From positions 1 to 29,000 of the forward strand of contig CAXHJY010001143.1 of NCBI GenBank assembly GCA_964016885.1: a stretch of DNA of 29,000 bases, read 5' to 3'. A program made the translations under genes and the position numbers. Source of the stretch: Eledone cirrhosa. Taxonomy: Eukaryota. Numbering within the stretch: the stretch's first letter is position 1; each line of letters starts with the position of its first letter. Below the pieces are notes generated by a model. It made no database searches. It had not been told where the DNA came from and saw only the letters and a list, made by a program, of their open reading frames with translations. Shown in pieces: positions 1-10,071 of this stretch.

Positions 1-435
1 CAGCTACCTGGTTGATCCAGGGCTTTACTACCTCGCTCAGAGCGCAGATGTAACCATCGGTGTTCTGCTTGAGGCCCTCAGGGAAGAAGTGAGGTGGCAT
101 GACGTCACCTTGACTGCTGACGACACCTAATACCAATGTTGTTGCTGGAAACTTCGTCTGTATGACTCTGGGCACCTCCTTGGATGAGACAGAGAGCCGC
201 CTGCTGTTCTGGAAGTTGATCTTCTGGTCTTGTCCTCCCGGCGCGGATTCCAAGAAGAACTCCGTGTCTCTTCCACAAATTTGGAGGTTCAAAATTATTC
301 ACAATCAATTATTCTGAAAATAAATAGTGGAAATATAGTCACTGTTTTTATGAAGACAAGAGTGACAACGGAAGTAAAACAAATTTACATAAAATTAGCA
401 GTTGAAAATTGCGAACAAATATCGTCCGCACCCTG
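1..435 (-). mobile_element. Tc1/mariner-superfamily (maT/DD37D-like) DNA transposon, 5' part, internally deleted; runs off the window start
   Basis: Minus strand reads TA|CAGGGTGCGGACG... (TA at 436-437, TIR start at 435), typical of maT TIRs with a TA target site. This is followed by an N-terminal-like peptide (KRHGVLLGIRAGRT) joined out of frame to a DDE-domain peptide. Confidence 0.8.
2..229 (-). pseudogene. maT/DD37D-like transposase catalytic-domain fragment (76 aa, not in the ORF track)
   Basis: Manual translation 229->2: DQKINFQNSRRLSVSSKEVPRVIQTKFPATTLVLGVVSSQGDVMPPHFFPEGLKQNTDGYICALSEVVKPWINQVA. It matches the maT pattern NxQNxR...TKFPA.VMV.GVVS..G.VMPPHFF..GL..N...Y...L..VVKPWI. 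Confidence 0.8.
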
Positions 436-733
436 TATCTAGGGAGTATAATTTGGAGTTACTGTAGGTTCACCCGGGTGAGCACTCGATGTTTAGGTTC
501 ACTTCTGTGTCGAGGTGTAGAGCTATACAGAGTGTATTATATTGAAAAGATAACAAGGACAATTGGTCACTCCTTCATTACATTTATTGGTTGGTGACGT
601 GAATTTCGCCACTGATCAGCTCAAGCTTCGATCTGTATCGATCTTAGCCGACACTGTAATCTGCAGCTCGACGGACCTCATATATATATCAATGATATTA
701 AATAAATGGAAAGTATATTTATAAAACCATATT

Positions 734-796
734 TATTCTATTATATATATATTTCAAGGGCACCAAAACTTTAGTATGCTCTCATCAGATAAAATA
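734..796 (-). ncRNA. Type I hammerhead ribozyme (minimal, left arm)
   Basis: Minus strand: UAUUUUAU-CUGAUGA-GAGCAUACUAAAGUUUUGGUGCCCUU-GAAA-UAUAUAUAUA-AUAGAAUA; stem I 8 bp, AUA cleavage triplet; stem II weaker than in the right arm. Confidence 0.75.
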
Positions 797-921
797 CAAA
801 GTTTGTTTTATAAATATTGACATATCCAGGAAGAAGATCTTAACGGTTCAAGTTTTTCCTGGTTTTAACTTGAACCGTTAAGATCTTCCTGGATATGTCA
901 ATATTTATAAAACAAACTTTG

Positions 922-984
922 TATTTTATCTGATGAGAGCGTACCAAAGTTCTGGTGCCCTTGAAATATATATATAATAGAATA
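922..984 (+). ncRNA. Type I hammerhead ribozyme (minimal, right arm)
   Basis: Stem I 922-929/977-984 (8 bp, one G.U); CUGAUGA 930-936; stem II 937-945/954-962; GAAA 963-966; short palindromic stem III (UA)5; AUA triplet 974-976, predicted cut after 976. Confidence 0.82.
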
Positions 985-1119
985 AATATGGTTTTATAAA
1001 TATACTTTTCCTTTATTTAATATCATTGATATTATACTCCAGAAAACCTGTCGAGTGCTTCAAATCAGTTATAAACATATATATTTGTTGAATTACCAAC
1101 CAATTAAATGTCCCTTTTG

Positions 1120-1121
<2 letters not shown>

Positions 1122-1158
<37 letters not shown>
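1122..1158. repeat. (TA)n microsatellite
   Basis: Pure TA run. Confidence 0.99.
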
Positions 1159-1160
<2 letters not shown>

Positions 1161-1330
1161 TGTGGACAAGTAAAACCTAATGAAAATGTAGGGGTGCTGT
1201 TTTGACATACGGTGTGATTTGAACAATTTTAACCTGGTGGAGTTCATCACTTTTCCAGGTTGGAACATAGTCAGTTTCTCCCAGAGAAGGAGAGAGAGAG
1301 AAATTGGCCACAGCAGTTTTACTTGACTGA

Positions 1331-1438
1331 CTAGTACTTTTTGTTTTATTGACCACAAAAGGATGAAAGTCAAAGTTGGTGTGAGAGGGATTTGAAGTCA
1401 GAGAACACGGGCAGCCAGAACAAATACTGTAAAGCATT
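1331..1438 (-). mobile_element. Degraded tRNA-derived SINE fragment with Nin/Deu-like domain
   Basis: Minus strand: B-box-like CTTCAAATCC then AACTTTGACTTTCATCCTTTTGTGGTCAATAAAA...AGTACTAG, resembling the Nin-domain consensus as recalled (GTCGACTYWGCCTTTCATCCTTYCGRGGTCGATAAAAT.AGTACCAG). Confidence 0.5.
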
Positions 1439-1496
1439 GATATATATATATTTCGTTTTTGTATTTGTTTTGCAAGAATCTTGATGTGCAATCATG

Positions 1497-1756
1497 TTAT
1501 ATGTTGGGAGGGTCACGCAGAAAATAAAATCACATGTACCTGTTGAGTTTCACTTTGGTTTTATCAGTTACGTAACTAACTCATTCATTGGTTAGTTTAG
1601 TAACCAGATGACAATGAAATATTACTATTAAATAACCATTCAGTTACTAAACTAACCAAGAAATGGCTTAGTTACTTAACTAATAATTTAAAAAAATTAA
1701 GTGAAATTGAATCGGTGCATATGTTTTTATGGCTGTATGACCATCCCAAAGTATAA
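1497..1756. mobile_element. MITE (long imperfect palindrome, probable TA target site)
   Basis: Ends TTATATGTTGGGAGGGTCACGCAG / CTGTATGACCATCCCAAAGTATAA are reverse-complementary. Inner pairs include TTGGTTAGTTTAGTAAC / GTTACTAAACTAACCAA. Confidence 0.7.
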
Positions 1757-1772
1757 TAAATATACTTTGTGA

Positions 1773-2140
1773 TCATCATTTAACAGGCTTTCCCTGCTAA
1801 CAAAGGTTTAACATGTTGTTACAGACCAGTCAGAACTTGGACTGTGCTACAGACCCCTCAGATAGGCCAAGGGTCTACATCTTACATTCATTCCCATATT
1901 CTATTGATTGCTCTGATATTCCAGGGTCCCATATCTTGCTTACATATGATCTCCTATTCTCTACAGAGTGCACCAGGTACATTTTATTGTGGTACCAGCA
2001 TTAGGAAGGTGGTCATATCTTTGTCACAGCTGGAGATTCTTCCCAAGCTTTTGTTGGCAGGTTTTCTATGGCTGGATGCTCTTCCTATTATCAACTACTA
2101 AACAGAATGTTCTAGGTGTATTTGTGTAGATCACCAACAC
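1773..2140 (-). mobile_element. Old diverged RTE-tail SINE/LINE 3' fragment
   Basis: Starts CATCATTTAAC and contains GGCAGGTTTTCTATGGCTGGATGCTCTTCCTA, homologous to the motif in the LINE 3' UTR copies at 7775-7801 and 27009-27040. Confidence 0.5.
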
Positions 2141-3884
2141 TAGAGAAGTTGTTGTGCCCTTGAGACAACTGAAGAGCCCTCTCTACATATGAGTGCATGC
2201 CAAGTGTGGTTTGTGGGGTGGGGGGTTATTTGACAGGTTAATAAGTGGAAGGGTAGGGGTGAAGTTTTGGACAGTTTGGGAACTTCTGTGGTGATAACAG
2301 CTACTAAGGGATAATGATTTGTGTGTCAAGGTTTCAGTGAGTTTCAAGGGTCATGTGGGAGAGAGGTGAATGTGATCCTGGGTAGAGTAGGGGTAGTAGT
2401 GTAAAGTGATGCTGAGAATAGCTACTAGACGAAGGTGGTTTGTGTGGTGTGACACGTGGATTTGTCAAGTCAGGTCAGGTAATTACATGTTGCCAAGCCT
2501 ATATATAAACAAAATGAAGATAATTGAAGTAATAATACTCAGATTATATCCTTAGAGGCTACCATATAAGATGTAAAAATGAATGATGTCAAATGATTTT
2601 CTTACTGAAATATAATAATCCCTTAGACAATTGAATGCCTGCAATTAATTTTATAGAAAATAAAATAATCTTCTCATGAGAATTAATAGTAAAAGTATGA
2701 ACGTTGACAAGATTAAACAATGTAGAAATATTTATAGCAACAGTAATTACTTTCAACAGGTAATTTAAAAAATTTTTATTTTAAGAGTCAAGAGTAAAGT
2801 CTTTGAATGTAAAACTTAAAAATGAAATCCTGTTTCTTTACTTTAATTTCATTATCATATGAATTTCTGATATTTTTCTCTTTTTATAAATTTAAAAAGA
2901 TTACTAAACAAGAAAAAAAAAAATTAAATTTATTTTTGTTTTCAATCTAGCCGTTTGTGGGTTGACTTGATATTTTTTGATGTATGAATATTTTTTTACT
3001 GTTAATTAACTCTAATATTGCTTTACTTCACAGATTGCTAGACTTTATTGCTTTCCTAAAATGTTAATTTATCTTTTCTATTGTCAAATCAATGACCATC
3101 ATTGTTCATTACTCATTAGTTAACAGTTATCAGACTTTAAAGATCTATGATCTAAAACAATGGTCCTCCCACCACCCTAATGGCATTGGGGTTACTTTAG
3201 TGGGGTATTACAAATTTAGGTGTTCAAGAAAAGGCAGTTGATTTTAGCAAGCCTTTATTTGAATCAAAAGAAAATATGTTTTGTTCATTCTACAAATAAC
3301 TATCTATTTTGCAAATCCTATTTTTATGGGTCCATTATATTTAGGTTTCTGTAGATTATCATTTTTGTTACTGACTTATAGAAATGCCAATTTAACATAG
3401 TTTTTGGTTGACAAGGTCCTTGTTATTGGAGAAATTCGTTTTGACTTGTCAGATACTGAAGGATACATTTTTTGCTGTCACTCATCTTGCTATAAATAGC
3501 AACATTTACTTGAAACTACACTCATCTTTAGAAAAAGGACATATTGGTTATTGCAGCCTTGAAAATAAGACATGGTCATCATGATTCCAATAATGAAATA
3601 AGCTTTATGATATAAATGTTTTCTTTCCAATAAATTTCCTCTCTTGTGACTCTACCACCTTTATTTGTTGTTGTTGCAACTACATTTGTTTTTCCAGTTT
3701 ATTTTCTATTTCTTTTTTCAATTTATTTTATTTTGTCCTTCATCATATGATGGATCAAATACATCAATTTCTCTCCTAGGTTTTATTTAATTTTCATTGC
3801 AACATAACATTGCATCCTCCCACTTTTCTTTTATCTTCTATATTTTATCTGATACCTTCATTTCTTGGTGATAATGTTATTTCT

Positions 3885-3970
3885 CATGTGGCCGAGTGGC
3901 TAGGTTCACAATCACATGGTCATCGGATCAATGCACGGGACATTGTGTTCTTCAGCAATATACTATATTT
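3885..3970 (+). mobile_element. Possible degraded tRNA/CORE SINE head
   Basis: A-box TGGCCGAGTGG at 3889-3899 followed by TTGTGTTCTTCAGCAATATACT, weakly similar to the CORE start of the intact SINE at 13776-14120; no clear B box. Confidence 0.3.
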
Positions 3971-5740
3971 TGTTTTGTTCCTTCTGTGACCAGCAGATAT
4001 TATCAGCAAGAAGAGACCAATGGAAATATTGCTTACTTTGCTCTATTTGATGGTCAGCTCATTTCCTTTTTATATTTTTATCTTTCACTTCAGAAAAGGA
4101 TTGATCCTGCACATATGGTGTATAGTTCACACTGTAAAGAGTGAACTGTACACCATACATGAAGAATTTAATTTACTAATATAACTAAATTTCTTAATTA
4201 AGCTGGTGTTTGGAGTGTAGCTTAACAAAGGTTCTTATGTACAATTATGAGAGAAGGTTTTTAGATAAATATAAATACTTTAAAACAAGCAGTCTTGTGT
4301 CATTGAACCCAGTTATTTGGTAACAAATGGGTTAAACTTGTTTTTCTAGTCAACCATTGGCAAAGATATGTTACATAAGCATTGCAGTATACCTCTAAGT
4401 TTCAGTTTTTGCCCTGATTTCCAATTTTGATACTTAGAATCAAACATGATGTATTTTCCTAATCTCTAACTTATCCTGTATGTTTGTATGAATAAAAATT
4501 TGTCTTCAAGCATTGAGCATGAAAGTTTAAAAAGAAAATTAGGATAGTTTTTGAATTTTACTTAAAATCTTCCTGAATAATGTCTCAATTCTAGATACAA
4601 AGTAAATGATATTTAATATTTAGTGGAAATGTGAAATGAAGCTTTGTAATAATTGAGAATTCAGACTGATATAACAATTAATTTCCAATAATAATATGGT
4701 AATTTTTCTAATGAATATCTGGATATTATAGTATATATATAATATCTGGATATTATAGTCACAACATTATGCTGGCAGACAAGTTTTCTTCAGTACTGCA
4801 GCATATCATGTCACCAATCCTCAGTCTTTTATCATGCAAATATTTCTGTAAAAATTATTTACAGTTAAAATGTGCAGATTGGGAATCACTAGATTCCAAA
4901 GGCAATGCTCCAGTGTGACCTTAGCTACAGTGGACAAAGCAAATTAAAGAACGTATTCCAGTTCTCATCTGTAAGTCTCTTCAATATAACTGGGGACTCT
5001 TGAATATTTTCTAATTTTGATAAAATGCTGTAGTATTGAGAAATGTTATAAGTCATAGGAGTAGCAAAACAAAAATAGTATAGTTTTGACATGAGTTGGT
5101 TTGTATTTATAAAAGATGCCTCTGAGAAATGAATACAGTTTCTTTCACCTTTCATATCAACAAAATACATTACTCAGTTTATGTGTGGCAGTAATAATAT
5201 TTGCATGTATTTCTGAGTAGAAATCTTATTTAAAATGGACAGAAATTTGATATTTTATATGCCATTTCATACCTTTTTATTGACTATTTTAGTTAGAAGT
5301 GGATATTCACTCTTCTTCAACTTTTTTCCTTATCTACTAATTCCATACATTGTGTGTTGTCTAGCGATAATTCCTCTATTGGTTTTCAAAATAAATGTAA
5401 AATAATTTGCTTCTTCTATCAATTGTATTCAAGTGGCATATCATGATAGATTATATATATAAAACTAGATCAACTTTCTTGCTTTTGTAACTTAAACCAT
5501 ATATACCTTTTATATATATTTTTATGTTCTCCTATTGAAATACTTCAATAATATTTCCATGCACTCCATAAATCTGTCCATTGCTCCTTTTATCAAATCT
5601 CTTTATCATATTTTTATATGTTCATGTATTCCACTTGTCTCTACATTAACTAATATATATATACATATATCCGTTTTGAACCTAAGTATTGAGTACTCTG
5701 GTGCGTTATGGCCACCTGGTTCCTTACCACACTTTCTTTG

Positions 5741-5742
<2 letters not shown>

Positions 5743-5780
<38 letters not shown>
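5743..5780. repeat. (AT)n microsatellite
   Basis: Pure AT run. Confidence 0.99.
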
Positions 5781-5784
<4 letters not shown>

Positions 5785-6195
5785 TAAAATAACAGATTAA
5801 AGTTTAAGCAAAGAATCGCTGCTTTCACCCTTAACGGAACCTTCTGAAACTAACAAAGTCAATCTGTGAACGCAGTAGTGAATATTTAAAAAAAACGTTT
5901 GGAAGACAGGAAGACGATACTTTGGTTCGTGGAAACGTTCCCTGGCAAAGAACGGGAAAAAACGAATATAATATGTCATTATTTGGAGCGGTGAAAAACA
6001 ATTACGCGCAAAGACAGAACCACGTTTATGGTATAAAAGAAGTCGTAGACTAATATTCTCTTAGGTGGTTCATTTTGTTAGTTTCAGAAGATCCCGTTAT
6101 TTTAATAAATATTTGCTCTACGGTTCTTATATATTTGATATATATTTATCCTTATCGAGCCCTCTTTGGCTTTTAGTCTTCAAATTTATTATTAT

Positions 6196-6198
<3 letters not shown>
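5778..6198. mobile_element. Second Penelope-like/retrozyme-type relic inserted in (TA)n, with inverted partial duplication
   Basis: Unique sequence between two TA arrays. 6074-6112 is the reverse complement of 5832-5857 joined to 5777-5793. Contains a hammerhead-like fold. Confidence 0.55.
5792..5867 (-). ncRNA. Type I hammerhead-like ribozyme with variant core
   Basis: Minus: ACAGAUUGA-cuuuguu-AGUUU-CAGAAGG-UUCC-guuaa-GGGU-GAAA-GCAG-cgauucu-UUGC-UU-AAACU-UUAAUCUGU. Stems Ib (9 bp), Ia (5 bp), II and III all pair; CUU triplet; the core deviates from CUGANGA. Confidence 0.65.
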
Positions 6199-6283
<85 letters not shown>

Positions 6284-6504
6284 ATATATGTATATGTATA
6301 TATATGTGTGTGTGTATATATATATATGTGTATATATGTATATGTATATATATGTGTGTGTGTATATATATATATGTGTATATATGTATATGTATATATA
6401 TGTGTGTGTGTATATATATATATGTGTATATATGTATATGTATATATATGTGTGTGTGTATATATATATATGTGTATATATGTATATGTATATATATATG
6501 TATG

Positions 6505-6535
<31 letters not shown>

Positions 6536-6568
6536 GTGTATATATGTATATGTATATATATATGTATG

Positions 6569-6599
<31 letters not shown>

Positions 6600-6628
6600 G
6601 TATATATATATATGTATATATATATATG

Positions 6629-6669
<41 letters not shown>
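6199..6669. repeat. (TA)n/(TG)-interrupted microsatellite array
   Basis: TA run followed by G-interrupted units, including a 48-bp higher-order unit repeated about four times (about 6280-6490). Confidence 0.99.
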
Positions 6670-6674
<5 letters not shown>

Positions 6675-7381
6675 AATGAGAGGTATAGAGATTGTTTTAG
6701 CAAGAAGCTAACAGCATTCTATAACATATATGCGACTATAACGTCAAGATGGGAAAAGTAGTTAACGAAAGATTTAGGAAAAATAACTCAAACTATTCTC
6801 AAAAGAGAATCAGGATACAAATTCATCCACGGAATTTAGTAAAATCCAGGGAAAAATCTATAGACCTTTAACTCATGATAAAACAAAGTTTGAAACACTT
6901 ATCCTTCAATTTGGAATAACATCAAATGCTCTGTATAGTCTTAAAAGACTATTTCATGAAAACTTTCAGTGGAGATGGTCACGGTTGGAATATCATTCAT
7001 CAGCAGAGCTCAACAGAAAACCAGGGCTCTCACAGTAATATAGTCCGAAAAAGGGAATTCTAAAACTGGCTAGTTCGCCTTCATGTGTATTTATGAAAAA
7101 GCACATGAGGAAAAAACGGGGCTAGTGACGTCAGGATGGAAGTGAATGTTTATTTACAAGAAATAGCAGTCAAATACATTCTGAAAAAAAACTCAACAAA
7201 GGAGTTCAGCAAAATAGCAATAATTATCACAGTTTTTATGAAAAAAACCGGGATTAGTCACAGATAGTTTAAGCACTCTAGGAAAAGAATCCGAGTATAA
7301 ATATAAATGAGAGGTATAGAGATTGTTTTAGCAAGAAGCTAACGGCATTCTATAACATATATGCGACTATAACGTCAAGAT
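6670..7381 (-). mobile_element. Retrozyme-like non-coding element: 631-bp monomer plus 81-bp terminal direct repeat
   Basis: 6670-6750 equals 7301-7381 (1 mismatch, offset 631); canonical hammerhead inside; no ORF; both ends in TA microsatellite. Confidence 0.7.
6928..7009 (-). ncRNA. Type I hammerhead ribozyme (canonical core)
   Basis: Minus: GCUCUG-CUGAUGA-AUGA[33 nt]UCAU-GAAA-UAGUCUUUUAAGACUA-UA-CAGAGC. Stem I 6 bp perfect; stem III AUAGUCU/AGACUAU; AUA triplet; predicted cut between 6934 and 6933. Confidence 0.9.
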
Positions 7382-7408
7382 ACACATACATATATATGTA
7401 TATATATG

Positions 7409-7450
<42 letters not shown>

Positions 7451-7654
7451 CATATATATATATGTGTGTATATATATATGTGTATATATATATATATGTG
7501 CATATATATATATATATGTGTGTATATATGTGTGTGTATATATGTGTGTGTATATATGTGTATATATATATGTGTATATATATATGTGTATATATATATG
7601 TGTATATATATATATGTATATATATATATATGTGTATATATATATGTATATATA
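7382..7654. repeat. TA/TG microsatellite array
   Basis: Low-complexity TA with G interruptions. Confidence 0.99.
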
Positions 7655-8118
7655 TCATCATCATCATCATCATCACCGTTTAACGTCCATGTTCCACGCT
7701 TGCATGGGTTTGGACGGGAGTTTTCCCACTTGAGGCAAGAGTGGTTGTCTTGCTCGCATAGGACTGTCTGGCGGGTTTTCTACAGTTGGATGCCCTTCCT
7801 AACACCAACCACATTTACAGTGTGGGGCTTGGAGGTTTTTACCGTGTTGCCTACACGGCCACATTACAGCGTGGACTGTCTGGTGGGTTTTCTACAGCTG
7901 GATGCCCTTCCTAACACCAACCACATTTACAGTGTGGGGCTGGGAGGTTTTTACCGTGTTGCCTACATGGCCACATTTACAGCGTGGACTGTGTGTTTTT
8001 TTTGTCGTGACACCTACACGATCTCATTTGTTTCGGCCTGGATGTTGTGGGACCAACATAACTTTACATTGAAAGGGGCGGTGTGGATGCGGTGGAGGTG
8101 GTGGGACGGGGGGTGTAT
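7655..8118 (-). mobile_element. RTE LINE, severely 5'-truncated copy (3' UTR only) with internal 112-bp duplication
   Basis: (TCA)7 tail at 7655-7675; reverse complement of 19002-19355; tandem units 7761-7872 and 7873-7985. Confidence 0.93.
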
Positions 8119-8126
8119 ATATATAT

Positions 8127-8736
8127 GTCAGGTCACCAGTTGGTGCTACTGGTAACATGTATTCCAGTACAACCTGTCTCATGGTCGGGTCGTTGGCGAC
8201 TAAACTGGCAACCCCACCAAGGTTTGTTGGTGAGGAGGGTGACTTTGGACATCCTGCAGGACTAAAAACAAAACCTGTCAAAGGGCAAAGGAGCTCTTAA
8301 GAGTCAATGGCCATCCAAAATCACCGGGAGAGATGACCCCTTAGCCTTTGTCAAGGCAGAATTCTAGGAGAAGGAAAACTCTGATATAACACCTGCAACT
8401 CTGATGGTATCCAATGATGTTGACTTGTTCTTCTTTTTGGTAAATATCATCTTGGTTAAGAGAGTGGGACTGGCTTTGTGCAGTGCCTTTGCTCACTATA
8501 AAAGCTTCACGGCACAGGCATTGCTTTATATCTGGAGATCTCTCTGCACTTGTCGTCACATGGTACCATGGGCCCAGCACTATGTGTCAATAATTGTCAC
8601 AGGTGTAGTGTTTGTTCCAGAGTTTTCAAGTCGCTGGCTGGACTAAAAAGTCACACCCGTTCGGCGCATCGGTAGGGGTTCTCCTATATGGATATAAAGT
8701 AGTGGCCGTACTCGAAAACGAGTTGGCAGCCACCAT
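8127..8736 (+). mobile_element. Non-autonomous bipartite RTE-derived element (~610 bp), copy 1
   Basis: About 95% identical by eye, end to end, to the reverse complement of 22231-22836. Has RTE-like 5' motif TCTAGGAGAAGGAAAACTCTGAT, C2H2 finger remnant [23 protein letters not shown] (8604-8675) and 3' hairpin CTCG-AAAA-CGAG. Confidence 0.8.

Positions 8737-10071
<1,335 letters not shown>

Larger units (their letters stand above)
686..1032. repeat. Long inverted repeat (arms 686-854 and 867-1032, 12-nt spacer)
   Basis: Arms are reverse complements with a few substitutions and one 3-nt indel (gaagaagatc vs gatcttcc). Confidence 0.97.
686..1078 (+). mobile_element. Penelope-like pLTR / retrozyme-type relic with inverted copy
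   Basis: Head-to-head inverted copies each containing a minimal type I hammerhead, with ends abutting short TA runs. No RT or GIY-YIG ORF is seen. Confidence 0.6.

Noticed and set aside
117-158. CTGACGA...GAAAC-TTC-GTC hammerhead-like words on the + strand
   Set aside because: Stems I and II do not pair, and the sequence is the antisense of transposase codons; coincidence.
463-680. Possible solo LTR on the minus strand (TGAGGT...ACCTACA with AATAAA)
   Set aside because: No target-site duplication, PBS or PPT, and no second copy in the window; cannot be supported.
4715-4759. 19-bp tandem duplication AATATCTGGATATTATAGT
   Set aside because: Simple local slippage duplication with no further structure.
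2150-5740. Host exons or short ORFs (3896-4144, 4925-5170, 5535-5792) and faint old repeat fragments (about 3480-3590, 4180-4336 ending GGGTTAA, 4895-4950)
   Set aside because: No recognisable protein motif or consistent splice structure; the repeat resemblances are too degraded to call without a library search.
6873-6905. CTCATGA...GAAAC second hammerhead-like motif
   Set aside because: Core G5 is substituted and no stem III or stem I can form.
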